Shown piece after piece: positions 13,105-25,792 of a stretch of 64,000 nucleotides of DNA. Numbering within the stretch: position 1 is the first letter of the stretch; the number at the start of each line of letters is the position of its first letter. The translations under genes were made by a program, and so were the position numbers. Below the pieces are notes generated by a model. That model did not search any database. It saw only the letters and a list, made by a program, of their open reading frames with translations, and was not told where the DNA came from. The DNA is from Octopus sinensis (Eukaryota). The DNA is taken from the NCBI RefSeq assembly GCF_006345805.1, contig NC_043007.1, forward strand, positions 58,776,001 to 58,840,000, written 5' to 3'.

Positions 13105-13960
13105 TATATATAAATTAGAGAAAAACTGCTATTATGTAATTCAAACAATGATAGACATAAACTAAATCTTAAAAGAAAAAATAAAATATATTATAAAACA
13201 TATAACTAGATCACAAAAAGTACAAAAAATGAATACACACTATATAATAGGTAAAAAGACTACGTACGTTTCATGGCTATAACTTCAATTCGAATTACAA
13301 TTAAATTTAAATTTAATCGAAAAACAATTCAATTTAAAAGTATAGTCACTCCTCAGGTCAGCAATAATAACAATAATAGTTAAATAAATAATCAAATAGA
13401 ATTAAACAATATTTCTTAAAGAAATAAAATCATGATTCTTCTTATAGAAGAAACTCCGTTAACTAAATTTGAAACTTAAAAAGTAGAACCAAGTGTCTAT
13501 AATAGATTTATCATGTTAAAGACCTAAGGTAAAAAAAAATAGAATAAATAGATAGAAAAATGTATTTTATCTGTGAAGATATATTTTAGCTTTGTGAATA
13601 ACATTAACAAACCATAGTATATCTTTTCACTACCTATACTCTAATATTTTATGTTACAAACTATTTTACAAATCAATCGCACTTAATACTTTCAGATTTT
13701 AGTTCACATATAATGATTATAAAATAATGAAATAATAAAATTAAATAAATGTACGTATCTAAATTATAATTAACAAATAAAGCAATTAGAAAGCCATATT
13801 TTTTCAATCAATAAACATATATATAAATAAATTACTCCATTATTTCTTAAATAAATATTATACTTATCATTCCAAAAATATTTATGAAATAAAAAATAAA
13901 AAATTCCAAAACTAAAAACATATTACTTGTCGTTTATAAAATTATTTGTGAAAAAAGTAC

Positions 13961-14003
<43 letters not shown>

Positions 14004-14475
14004 ATTCAATAGTACTAAATATAAAAAAGAACTTTACACTACCTACACTATTCAAGGTGGTGCCCAGCATGACTGCAGTCTAATGACTGAAACAAGTAAA
14101 AGGTAAAGGTAAGGTATACTAAAAAATTTTACATTACAATCTAATTCACAAGGTAACCAAACTAATACTTTTCAATTTTAGTTCACATATAATAATTATA
14201 ATAATAAGTATAATTAAATAAATGTACATATCTAAATTATCCTTAACAAATAAAAAATTAGAAATCCATATTTTTCAATCAATAATTATATAAATTACAT
14301 TATTATTTCTTAGATAAATTGTCTACTTATCTTTATTGTTTATTCCTTTTTTGTACTTTTTGTGATCTAGTTATGTTTTATAATATATTTTAATTTTTCT
14401 TTATGATTTGGTTTTTGTCTATCATTGTTTGAATTACATAATAGTGGTTTTTCTCTAATTTTTATATATTATATA
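13105..14475. mobile_element. Non-coding foldback element with ~130 bp inverted arms and an HHR
   Basis: 13105-13235 is the reverse complement of ~14341-14475. Internal duplication ~13680-13870 vs ~14160-14330. (TA)n flanks. Confidence 0.7.
13258..13359 (-). ncRNA. Type I hammerhead ribozyme with long stem II
   Basis: gac CTGAGGA gtgactata...tatagccat GAAA cgtacg TA gtc: complete core, palindromic stem III, GUA cleavage triplet. Confidence 0.8.
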
Positions 14476-14541
14476 TTTATATTGTGAAATTTGATTTAAT
14501 ACTAAATTGAATTTTTCCCTGTAAGTTTGGAGTTATACTCC

Positions 14542-14624
<83 letters not shown>

Positions 14625-14628
<4 letters not shown>

Positions 14629-15570
14629 GTACTGGGACGATAAGAAACGGAACAAAGCGACGAATCGAAACGAACCGATGCGAAGGCGCTGTCAGACAAT
14701 AGTGTAATAAATAAAATATATGCATACATACAAACATATATGTACGTACCTACATCTACACGTATATATACATGCATATATAAATATATATATGTGAGTA
14801 CAGGACACCACAACTAGACGTAGAACTCAACGAGAAACGAAAACGGAAAAGCCATTTTTTTACAACAGAAAAACAGAGACGTGGCACTGGACGAGAAACG
14901 AAAACGGGAAAAACATTATTTTACAACAGAAAAACAGAGTACAGGACATACTACACAAGGAAAAATCCCCAATCATCAGCTGTTGCTAGTTAGACTCAAG
15001 CGTGTTTAAAAGGCAAGACAGGACACGACTCGTCAAAACTAGGCCTTCCTGTGAGAGAATTAAAATAAGATTACCTCGCAGAGGGGTAAAAACAAGCAAG
15101 AAAAAATGTAACACAAACAGGACGTAACAGTAAAACTGCACAATAAAATACAAGATAAAAATACAAGAAAATACAAAACGAGAAATAAAAAGAAAATACA
15201 ATACGAGAAATCAAAATAAACAAGAAAACAAACGAGAAAAACAAACGAAAAGGCCTTTTTTCTGGCTTAGACGGCGGATGTTCTAGCAGCGCATGGAAAC
15301 ATGACTTTACAGTTTGAAAGCAGCGTTCAAAAGGAAGTGGTTTTGGCTAGCAGTGACAAAGATGCTTTACCTTCCCCATTCTCTCTCCCTCTCACTCTTA
15401 CTCATCTCTCTCTCAGCCGCGTGTCTTTCTCTATCTCTCTCTCTCTCTCACTCCTCCTCATCTTTGTCCCTGCTAGCCAAAACCACTTCCTTTTGCACGT
15501 AGATGTAGGTACGTACATATATGTTTGTATGTATGCATATATTTTATTTATTACACTATATATATATATA
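14625..15570 (-). mobile_element. Non-coding repeat family A with inverted segments and degenerate type II HHR-like motif (14967-15013)
   Basis: Homologous to 52936-53964 and 25155-25420. 14700-14762 is inverted at ~15497-15560; inner inverted pair ~15330-15364 / 15459-15494. Confidence 0.65.
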
Positions 15571-15589
15571 GCATGGCTGTTCGTACACA

Positions 15590-17680
15590 TGCGTCATACA
15601 GTCTGCCTTTTACTCTGAGCGAGAGGCCTTTTGTCACCAGCAGAAGTAAGAGCTCTCTGAACTTTGCCCAAGCTATTCTTACTCTAGCAGTTACACTTTC
15701 AGCACACCCGCCCCCGCTACTGACTTGATCACCTAGGTAACAGAAGCTATCAACTATTTCTAGTTTTTCTCCCTGGAATGTGGCAGAAGTTGGTCTCAGA
15801 GCATTTTCAGTGTTTATTGCTCCTGAGCATCTGCCTCATACAAAAACTATCTTCCTAGTTAGCCTTCCTTTGACATTGCTGCACCTCTTATGTGTCCATA
15901 GTTTACACTTGGTGCATCTTATAGAGTTTCTACCTACACCTTTTCTACAGATCGAGCAGGGCCATCTACCTGAAGGCGTTTATGATTTGTCTACCTTCCT
16001 ACTTATTAGGACTTTGGTTTTAGCTAGATTGATTCTAAGGCCCTTCGATTCTAATCCTTGCTTCCACACCTGAAACTTCTCCAGTTCTGATAGTGACTCA
16101 GCAATTAGAGCAAGGTCATCAGCATAGAGGAGCTCCCAGGGGCATCCTGTCTTGAATTTCTCCGTTATTGCCCGGAGGACTATGATAAATAGGAGGGGGC
16201 TGAAGACTGAGCCTTGGTGGACCCCTACCTCTACCCGGAATTCTTCACTGTACTCGTTGCCAACCCTCACCTTACTAGCATCCATCTTTCCCTTTTCCTG
16301 GCAAGGATGTAGTCAATTTGGCTGGTATGTTGGCCCGATTGGTAGGTGACTAGGTGGCTGGTAGGTTTCCTGAAGTTAGTGTTGCAGACCATAAGATCAT
16401 TTGCATCGCAGAACTCCAGCAACCTGGTTCCCTCCTCGTTGCGGAAACCATAACCATAGCCTCCATGTACACCATGGAAGCCCCCAGCATGTCGTCCAAT
16501 GTGACCGTTGAAATACACCAGCCACAAAGAGAAGGTCTCAGTCGTTTGTCAACGAGGTAGTCTGCAGTAGAGTGTCATAGAATCGGTCTTTCTGTCCATC
16601 GGGTAGCCCCAGCTGAGGAGCATAGGCTGATATAATGGTCGCTAATCCATGATGAAGCACTAATCTAATCTGAAGTATTCTGTCACATACTCTGATTACC
16701 TCAATTACTTTATCTACCCATTTTTCAGCGATAAGTATACCCAAGCCACCAACCCCATCAGTGTTCCCTGCCCAGAAAATCTTGTACCTGTGTTCTTTGC
16801 CTGTGAGGAACCTAGCAGAACCTCCTCTCTACCTTACTTCTTAGATGCAACATAAATCAACAGATCTCCATTCAAGCATCTCGACTATCTCGCCAGACCT
16901 ACCTTTCAGTGTACCAACGTTGAGGGTGCCAACCCTGAGGGTGTGGGAGGTATGTGCCCTTGAGACCCTGGAACGGTGGACAGTAGCTTCATGTACCTGA
17001 AAAGAAAACTCACATTTGACAGAAGTCATGAGCAAGCAATACAGTAGCCTTCAGTTCAATCTGCATAACACTACCCTTTCATATTTTGCACTGTATGAAC
17101 ATTACCTTACATAGGAGATAGGCCGAGACTAGGGGTAGGGATGACGAAAGAGCTTTTGCAATCTTCATGGGAAGCAACTCAAGGATGGCAATGAATAAAA
17201 ACTTCCGGCATGTGTGGAGGGGTTGGGAGGGCAGGGTCACCACAAACTAGGAAGAGGTTCTGTTAATCGTGAGACCAAGAAAGTAGGTTTGAAAAATCTG
17301 AGAACGTCAAATTTTAGGAGAAAGATAAGTGGCTGAGTGTTAAGACTTTGATAGCTAAGTGAATCAATGAATATAAAGTTATCTTCGGGAGCAACAGGAA
17401 GACAAGACTAAACAAAAAACATATTTACATGTATGGTATGTTACTGAACTAGGCAGAGTAATGAGAGAATACTGAAAGAATAATATAATGAGAGAATAAT
17501 GAAAGAATAATATAATGACAGAATAATGAAAGAATAATGATGATATGTGCAAAGATTGTAGGTAGAAGAAAGTGAGGTTGAAAGAAGGATTCTTATCTTT
17601 TATCCGTTCATGATGATCTGTCCGTTATTCTTCGTTGGGGGTTAGGAAGCGAGTGGAATTCCCGATTATGCATTCGCTAT
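15590..17680 (-). mobile_element. RTE LINE with 5' UTR, APE endonuclease and RT, internally deleted and 3'-truncated
   Basis: LRVGTLNVGTLKGRSGEIVEML...LCCI, ISAYAPQ, FNGHIG, SQIDYILAR joined directly to GVHQGS...LLYADDL and the Cys/His finger. Confidence 0.9.
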
Positions 17681-17837
17681 ATATATATATACACACATAT
17701 ATTATATATATATGAATATAATATATATTATATATATAATATATATATATATATATATTATATATATTATATAATATATATATACATATGTATATATGAA
17801 TATATATATATAAATATTATATATACATATGTATATA

Positions 17838-17914
<77 letters not shown>

Positions 17915-17917
<3 letters not shown>

Positions 17918-18337
17918 CGCAGGAGTGGCTAAGTGGTAAGTAGCTTGTTTACCAACCACATGGTTCCGGGTTCAGTCCCACTGCATGGCATCTTGGCCAA
18001 GTGTCTTCTACTGTAGCCTCGGGCCGACCAAAGCCTTGTGAGTGGATTTGGTAGATGGAAACTGAAAGAAGCCTGTCGTATATGTATATATATATATATA
18101 TATATGCGTGTGTATGTGTTTGTGTGTCTGTGTTTGTCCCTCTAGTATTGCTTGACAACCGATGCTGGTGTGTGGACGTCCCCGTCACTTAGCGGTTCGG
18201 CAAAAGAGACCGATAGAGTAAGTACTGGGCTTACAAAGAATAAGTCCCGGGGTCGATTTGCTCAACTAAAGGTGGTGCTCCAGCATGGCCGCAGTCAAAT
18301 GACTGAAACAAGTAAAAGAGTAAAAGAGTAAAGAGTA
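17915..18337 (+). mobile_element. Full-length tRNA-derived SINE, family 1
   Basis: A box tggctaagtgg, B box ggttcagtccc, internal (TA)n, tail (aaagagta)n; many copies in the window. Confidence 0.9.
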
Positions 18338-18367
18338 TATATATATATACATATGCATATATATATA

Positions 18368-18995
18368 AAATTTTAAAATAGGATAAAATCTTTATAAGAA
18401 TTTATCAAGTAGTCAGCGTGAAAAAGTTCATAAGGGAAAAAATTTCTTCATTATTCCCTTTAAATATATTTATTTATATTAAGGGCATTACTATACATAA
18501 ATGCCTCATGCTATGAGGGACTCTTAAAGTCAAAACTACCATAATAAATACAGTGTACCGAATGTCAGGGAATTCAACTCTTGAAGCAAGCTCCTTATAA
18601 AACAGATTCAGCCGCAGATCATATAATTTCATAATTAGTGCACAAGATGCACTTTTTAATCGTCAGTGCAGGCATAATCAAGACACATAAAATGAGAGTT
18701 ATATTCCCTCGCATTCAGTACCCTATATATAGTAGTTTTGACTTTAAGAGTCTCTCATAGCATGAGTCATTTATGTATAGTAATGCCCTTAATATAAATA
18801 AATATATTTAAAGGGAATAATTAAGAAATTTTTTCCCTTATGAGGTTTTCCATGCTGACTACTTGATAAATTCTTATAAAGATTTTATCCTATTTTTAAA
18901 TTTAAAATTTAACCGGAATATATTGAGTGCTGAATTTTATTCTGAATAAACACATGTACTGAGATGCAATTCGAAAATCCCGCCTCTTACACAGA
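18368..18995. mobile_element. Foldback element: ~175 bp inverted arms, HHR-containing spacer, unpaired tail
   Basis: 18368-18543 is the reverse complement of ~18727-18903. Confidence 0.8.
18612..18672 (-). ncRNA. Type I hammerhead ribozyme
   Basis: gca CTGACGA ttaaaa-agtgca-tcttg-tgcact-aattat GAAA ttatatga TC tgc: intact core, near-palindromic stem III, AUC triplet. Confidence 0.7.
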
Positions 18996-19119
18996 TATAT
19001 AGGAGTGAACAACTCTATGTCCTATGTTGGATACATTTGGTGTTCGTCTGGTATGTTGATTTTTTTGTTCATTTTTATGTGACTTGATTATGCCTTACTG
19101 AAACACAGAGTGTGTGAGA

Positions 19120-19440
19120 AGGTGTGCGGCTTAGTGGTTAGGGTATTTGGATCACAATCATTAAGGTCATGAGTTCAATACTCAGAAGTGCTTTGTGTCC
19201 TTGAGCAAGGCACTTTACTTCACACTGCTCCAGTCCACTCAGCTGGCAAAAACAAACAGTACTTGTCTTTCAAAGAGCCGGCCTTGTTACATCTTGTGTG
19301 ACACTGAATCTCCTTGTGAACTATGTTAAGGGTACACATGTCTGTAGAGTGCTCAGCCACTTGCATTTTAATTTCATGAGCAGGCTGTTCTGTTGATTGG
19401 GCTAACTGGGACCCTTGTCATTGTAACTGAAGGAGTGCCA
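19120..19440 (+). mobile_element. tRNA-derived SINE, family 4
   Basis: ggcttagtggttaggg A box, gagttcaatac B box, gtgtccttgagcaaggcacttt core. Confidence 0.7.
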
Positions 19441-19494
19441 ATTTTTTTTACTTTTAATGAGTGTGTGCATGCTTTCACATGTATGTCATGTATG

Positions 19495-20639
19495 TATTGG
19501 GTCATCCCATAAATAACACAGTCCTTTTATACTTTTTTTTATTTTTCAAAATTAAGATAAAAAAATTCTTTTTTAATCTAAAATATACTGTTATTTTTTC
19601 CCATCCAAATGATTTCTAAGAGTGCGGAATAAATGATAATTAGATGGGGCAATGTCCGGCGATATGGTGGGTGGGGCATCGTTTCCTATTCAAACTGCTC
19701 CAGCCTTTGGAATATCATCCTCACTGTATGTGGCTGAACATTAACATGATGGAAGAGCACCTTTCATCTTGCAACCAAAGATGGTTATTTGCATTCTAGT
19801 TCCAACTTAAGCCGTTCAAGCTGCTCACAGTAGATCTCTTTTTCTATCATTTGGTTTGGGTTTAAAAGTTCAAAGTCAACTAAACCTTTCATATCCCACA
19901 AAACAGATAACAACACCTTCTTTACCTTGGGGTGCCAGTGTTTATCCTTTCTCTTCTCACTGTCTTCAGTGCTTGACATTTTTATAGAGAACCCATTTCT
20001 TGTCACCAGTCACTATTTGGTACAGAAAAAGGTTTATTTGTGAAATGTGGCTGCAAAGAAGAGCCCACATTCACTGTCTACATGCGATTAGACTCAGAAA
20101 GTTTGTGAGTAACCCACTGACCCAATTTTCTGACTTTTTTGGTGGCACATAGGTGTTGATGAATGGTTGAATGACCAAATTCAAGCTTCTCTGCTAGTTC
20201 CTTAACATTTACGATGGGATTTCGTTCCATCAGAGATTGCAGGACATCTTCATCGAGCTCTACAGATCTTCCAGGATGAGGCTTGTCTTCTAGGCTGTAG
20301 TTTCCAGCTCGGAATTTCTGGAAGCACCGCTGACACTGGCTTACACTTATTGCCTGATCCTCATATACTGCATTAATATTCCCCGAACTTTCTGTTGCAT
20401 TATTGCCTTTATTGAATTCATAAAGCAAAATCCACTCCTTTGTCACTTCCATTATAGCTTTGAAAAAATAACTGTTAAAATTGAACTGTACTCTTCAGGA
20501 AAACTTGCACCAAGAATAAGTAGAAGGTAAAATTACTACCTGCTTTTATAGCAAGTTGATGCAGATAGTTTATCCCATCTTTCTCCAGCTTCTACTTCAT
20601 GTAATTAAAAAAAACCATCATTTGTGGGATGACTCAATA
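19495..20639 (-). mobile_element. Mariner element, disrupted and partly deleted
   Basis: TIRs tattgggtcatcccataaat / atttgtgggatgactcaata. ORF 20078-20452 (HTH, KLGQWVTHKL), HPKVKKVLLSVLWDMKG, SPDIAPSNYHLF. Confidence 0.9.
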
Positions 20640-20749
20640 TATGTCTGTGTACAAATATCAGAACTGTATAGTGGGGTATATATATCATATTGAAGGTATC
20701 CATTAGTTACATGAGATTATGGAACTGCAACTGGCAAGTCTCGTTTTGG

Positions 20750-21240
20750 TCTTGGCCGCGCAGTGACTACTATGACTATAAGGACCTACATGAGAGTGAC
20801 AATTTTGGCTGTAGTGACTGTGCTCAAAAGTGCTGTCTGCTAGTCTTGTCTTGGTACTGTTTTACCATCAATTTGTTTCTCTTCATCAACAAACCTCAGC
20901 TTCTTCCCTCATCATTTTGAAATCTTTGTTTAGTTCCAGTTTCTTGTGGAAGTCATTATCAGCAATGTCCTCCAACTTTTCAATGTTCATGTATAGAGAT
21001 TTTATGTCTTTAAGCAGACCTCTTGGAAATGAAGTTGGGGATACCATTGTGTTTTTGTATCAGATCACCTCACTGAACGGCAGGTCATTGGGGGATCTTT
21101 CCTTCTCACACACGGCATATATGGCTCAGCCCACAATGGTGGTGTTGTTGCAGTAGAATAAGGAGGCTGAGTATCTGAGTACTTAGCCAAGACCTCATTG
21201 TTGGTGACTTGATCAGTTCACTTGAAGTTTGTTTGACATC
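20750..21240 (-). mobile_element. RTE/BovB-type LINE 3' fragment
   Basis: Minus translation resembles the RTE C-terminus (WLSHI...IPNDL...DIKSLYMNIEKLEDIADND). Confidence 0.55.
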
Positions 21241-21254
21241 CAGATAGATTATTC

Positions 21255-21595
21255 TTTTACTGTTTTACTTGTGTCAGTCATTTGACTGCACCCATGCTGG
21301 AGCACCACCTTGAAGGACTTTTTTTTTTAAAAAGCCTAGTACTTATTCTATCAGTCTCTTTTTCCGAACTAAGTTATGGGGATGTAAACACACCAACATT
21401 AGTTGTCAGACAGACACAGATACAAAGGCACATACACATAGATATGTACATATATATGATGGGCTTCTTTCAGTTTCTGTCTACCAAATCCACTCACAAG
21501 GCTTTGGTCAAACTGAGAATATAATAGAAGACACTTGCCCAAGGTGCCACACAGTGGTTGGGAGCAAGCTTCTTACCACACATCCATGCCTGCAT
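21255..21595 (-). mobile_element. SINE family 1, internally deleted
   Basis: Reverse-complement similarity to 17915-18337. Confidence 0.8.
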
Positions 21596-22059
21596 CTATA
21601 AAAATAGGGTTGCCTGTATGCATGGGACTTGGAACTACACCTCTATGTTTTCACGACAAGTGTACTATCATTACACCAATGTACTCCTAGATAGTGAAAA
21701 CTGTATTGAACATAGAATGCCTCTTGTTAGCCATGGAGACTAGAATCAGCACAGTTCTGGCATTTTTCCAAAAACCACTCCTCTGGCCTTACCACTGGCA
21801 GTTCATATCACTGAGTCATAAATCATCATCATCATTTTTTAGTGTCCATTTTCTATGCTGGCATAGATTAGATGGTTTGAAAAGAGCTAGCTACACTCCA
21901 ATTGCCTGTTTGTGACAGGGTTTCTATGGCTGTTGTAAATAAAAGGGCTCAGAATGTAGAGGATAACAACATACAAGTGAGACAGTAAAATATGGACAAA
22001 TGCATGTAATACAGTTCAATAAAAATTTATATATATACACACATATATATATCTTATAT

Positions 22060-22330
22060 TTTTTATTTGTTTTAGTCATCAAACGGCCATGCTGGGGCAC
22101 TGCCTTGAAGTATTTTTAGTCAAATGAATTGACCTTAGGTCTCATCTTTTTTTCTGCCTGGTACTTATTCTGTTGCACTCTTTTGCCAAACAGCCAAGTT
22201 ATGGCTATGTAGACACACCAAATAGTGGTGGTGGGAAAACACAGACACACAGAGACACATATACATATATACAACAAGCTTCTTTTAGTTTCTGTGTACC
22301 ATATCTACTCACAAGGCCTTGGTCAGAATA
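22060..22330 (-). mobile_element. SINE family 1, 5'-truncated and diverged
   Basis: Similarity to the SINE 3' half. Confidence 0.7.
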
Positions 22331-22390
22331 GAGGTCATAAAAGTAACAGAGGGTACTATATATACATATATACCTACATACATACATATA

Positions 22391-23646
22391 CGAGGGGCAT
22401 TCAATAAGTAATGCCCCTGACCCACTTCCCATAGCAGTAGAGCAACGAAACTTGGCACAGTTATTAGTCTTTTACTACATAGGAACCACCCAGAGTTACG
22501 CATTTCTCCCATTATTTGATGCAGCTCTAGAGACTGTTTTTGTAGAAGACCCCAGCTTGGCCCTCCAACCATGACGTGACTTCATAAATCAAGGCTGCAT
22601 CATCTGGGAAATGCTTTCCTTTCAAAAACAACTTCATGGCTGGGAAGAGGTGAAAATCAGAGGGTGCAAGGTCAGGAGAGTAGGGGGATGGGGGAGGGGT
22701 TCATAGCCGCACGCCTGTGCTTCTGATCTGGAGACACGCGAGTTGTAGACTGGAGCGTTGTCCTGCAGGAAGAGGATGCCTTTGCTGATCTTGCCCCGCC
22801 TCTTGATTTTGATAGCTTCTCTTAATTTCCTCAAAAGTGAAGCATAATAGGCTCCTGTAATTGTGGTACTCTTTGCGAGGAAATCTGTCATCACTACTCC
22901 GTCCTGGTCCCAGAAGACTGTGAGCATGACCTTGCCAGCGGAGGGCTACACCCTTGCCTTCTTTGGAGGAGGTGAGTCACGGTGCTTCCACTGCATTGAC
23001 TGGGCTTTGGTCTCTGGATCATAGTGATGGACCCAGGTTTCATCCTGTGTAATCAGTCTTTTGAAAAATTTTGACTCATCTTCTTGGCACATCTCCAAAT
23101 TCATCCTCGAGCACTCGACGCGTTCTTGCTTCTGGAAAGGTGTGAGCAACCTGGGAATCCATCTGGCAGACACCTTTTGCATATGAAAATGGTCATGAAT
23201 GGGCTATTTGGCGAATAGTTATGCATCGATCTTCCAAAATGGCATCCTCAACTTGACGGACAGATACCTCATCAATGGCAGGAGGGGGGGGCGACCAGAT
23301 CTGGGAGCTGTTTCCACAGAGTTCTGACCATGTTTGAATTCACGATGCCAGCGTTTTACAAGGTCATATGATGGGGCATTATCACCATAAGTTACTTTCA
23401 TTTCATCAAAAGTCTCCTGTGGTGTGCGTCCTTTCAAATGCAAAAACCAGATCACTGCTCGACACTCAACAGGCTCCATTTCACACTTGACTCAGTTCAA
23501 ACACCTGTAAATCAGAAACCACAATTAGCTCAGAGCTGTAATTTGCCACTTAATCTATAGAGATATACATAATTGCACATGCAAAATTTCAGCTAGATCA
23601 AACAACTGCAAGTGGGTCGGGAGCATTACTTATTGAACGTCCCTCG
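22391..23646 (-). mobile_element. Near full-length mariner (irritans/Himar-like), frameshifted DD34D transposase
   Basis: TIRs cgaggggcattcaataagtaatgcccctgacccactt / aagtgggtcgggagcattacttattgaacgtccctcg with TA TSD. KVSARWIPRLL, ITQDETWVHHYDPE, FWDQDG, LQDNAP, YSPDLAPSDFHLF. Confidence 0.95.
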
Positions 23647-24421
23647 TATGATTGCATGTATGTATTTTTATTGATATATGTGAGTAGATATGTATGTTAA
23701 TTTATATGTGTGTATGTAAGCTAGTATCTCCTGTATTGTGATTTATCCTTGTATATATGTGTAGGCGCACATATGCATGTGTACGTTGTTAATATTTCTT
23801 AACAAACCAGCCGGCCAATCATATTTAGTGTTCGATTTTTAACTATCTCTGAACCTAATACTTCACATATATCACAGTTGCACTCACATGTACGATTGTT
23901 CATTAGTGGAATTTAATATCATGTAAACCAATGTTTTTTCATTTTTCATTTTATATGTATATCCCAATCTTTAATGCTTTGCATGGTACTGTAGTATTAT
24001 TGTTATTTTTGCTATTATGTTGCTAACCGCATGATGCATATATTGTTTTGCTGGTATTAATGTTATTAATAATAATAATAATGATATTAGTAGCAATAGT
24101 GGCAATGATAATAGTAATGATGGAACTCTTGACTTTGTATATCTGCATTTGAATATGGATATGTGTATGTTTTCTATATTGTAATATTGTAATATCCTAA
24201 TATTGTGTTGACCTACTGTAACACTGAATATAGAACATATGTATGTATATTGATTTATATTATTATGTATATGTGTATATATATGTATAGGAGTATGGGT
24301 ATATGCACTCATATGTATGTGTATATTATATATTATGGGTATGTACCCACTATTGTATGGGTGTACCTACTCTGATATTCATATTTAATTTAATTTAATT
24401 TAATTTAGTTTGTATTTCATA

Positions 24422-24547
24422 ATCTCTGAAGAGGCCTTGGGATATTTTTGTAAGTGTCTCATTTATAACTACATATTAACCTATCACACATGGCTAATAT
24501 TAGCATAATGGGACAGCATATCTGCATGGCCAAAACAGCTGTAAGAT
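24422..24547 (+). ncRNA. Type I HHR with long stem II, probably inactivated (G12 to A)
   Basis: atct CTGAAGA ggcc...ggcc AAAA cagctg TA agat. cGAAA to cAAAA fits CpG decay. Confidence 0.7.
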
Positions 24548-24924
24548 GTAGTTTATATTTATATTTATATTTTTTTATATTCACTGATGCATACTGTACT
24601 TATTGTATCATATTACTCTTTATGTACATTGTTTTGTTCTATATTATTATGTTTGACATTAATGTTCATATGTAGTGGTTTAATAAATCATGTGATTGGG
24701 TATTATCTGGTAGTTGATCATTGATTAAGATGTGTTTCTCCATTTTCTTATTTTGTATATATATATATATACACACATATGTATATATATGTATACATAC
24801 ATACATACATACATACGCACATATATACATACATACATACATACATACATACATACATACATAAATATACACACACATACATATGTACATATATATCATG
24901 AACTAACTGTTACTTTCTCAGATT

Positions 24925-25065
24925 CAGCGACGAAAATATTTTGACAAATTAAATGTTTTGTGTGTTTCTTAAATGGCTTATAAACACCTTCCATGCTGCA
25001 ATTGTTTTCGTTCCAGCACATGATCTCAGATCAAGTCACTCGCTATGCAAGTACATCTCCGTAAT
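24925..25065 (+). repeat. Partial copy of the 26818-27160 foldback family
   Basis: gcgacgaaaatattttgacaaa...gcaagtacatctccgtaa shared with that element. Confidence 0.8.
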
Positions 25066-25154
25066 ATATATATATATACATATATATACATACATACATA
25101 TACATATATATTCATATATATATATATACACATATATATATATATATATAAAAT

Positions 25155-25420
25155 AACAATTTAACAAATAAAACATATGCATACATACGTACATATATGT
25201 ACATACCTACATCGATTGTATATATATACATGCATATATATATATATGAGTACAGGACACCACAAATAAACATAGAACACAATGAGAAACGAAAACAAAC
25301 GAGGAAGCAGACTTTTTTTAACAACGAAAAAACAGAGTACAAGACAAACAATACAAGGAATATTCCCCTTCATCAGCTGCCCCTGGTTCGACTCAATGCG
25401 TGTTTCGAAGGTATATATGA
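25155..25420 (-). repeat. Repeat family A fragment with type II HHR-like motif (25365-25411)
   Basis: ccttc GAAA cacgca ttgagtcgaaccaggggcag CTGATGA agggg. Confidence 0.6.
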
Positions 25421-25478
25421 TTGAACGCCTCGCATCACTTTCTTATTTCTCCAAGTAAGTTTTTATTAGATATATATA

Positions 25479-25522
<44 letters not shown>

Positions 25523-25554
25523 TTTATTTAAAGCAGCAGAAAATTCAACAAAAT

Positions 25555-25592
25555 CTGTTACTCTGAGTTTCTCGTTGCCGTTCATCAGACAG
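25555..25592 (-). ncRNA. Minimal type I HHR (mirror copy)
   Basis: Exact reverse complement of 25617-25654. Confidence 0.7.
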
Positions 25593-25616
25593 TTTTTGCT
25601 AGAATTCTAGCAAAAA

Positions 25617-25654
25617 CTGTCTGATGAACGGCAACGAGAAACTCAGAGTAACAG
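25617..25654 (+). ncRNA. Minimal type I HHR
   Basis: ctgt CTGATGA a-cg-gcaa-cg-a GAAA ctc-a-gag TA acag. Confidence 0.7.
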
Positions 25655-25756
25655 ATTTTGTTGAATTTTCTGCTGCTTTAAATAAAGCATATTACTCTAC
25701 CACTGGTATTTGAGTACTCTTTTTTCCACCTTGTTTCACATTTATGTGTTTACTCC

Positions 25757-25792
<36 letters not shown>

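Larger units (their letters stand above)
25522..25687. repeat. Perfect 166-bp spacerless palindrome
   Basis: 83-bp arms are exact reverse complements centred on GAATTC (25602-25607). Confidence 0.95.

Noticed and set aside
17590-17680. HDV-like ribozyme at the RTE 5' end
   Set aside because: Expected for some RTEs, but the nested double pseudoknot could not be built by eye.
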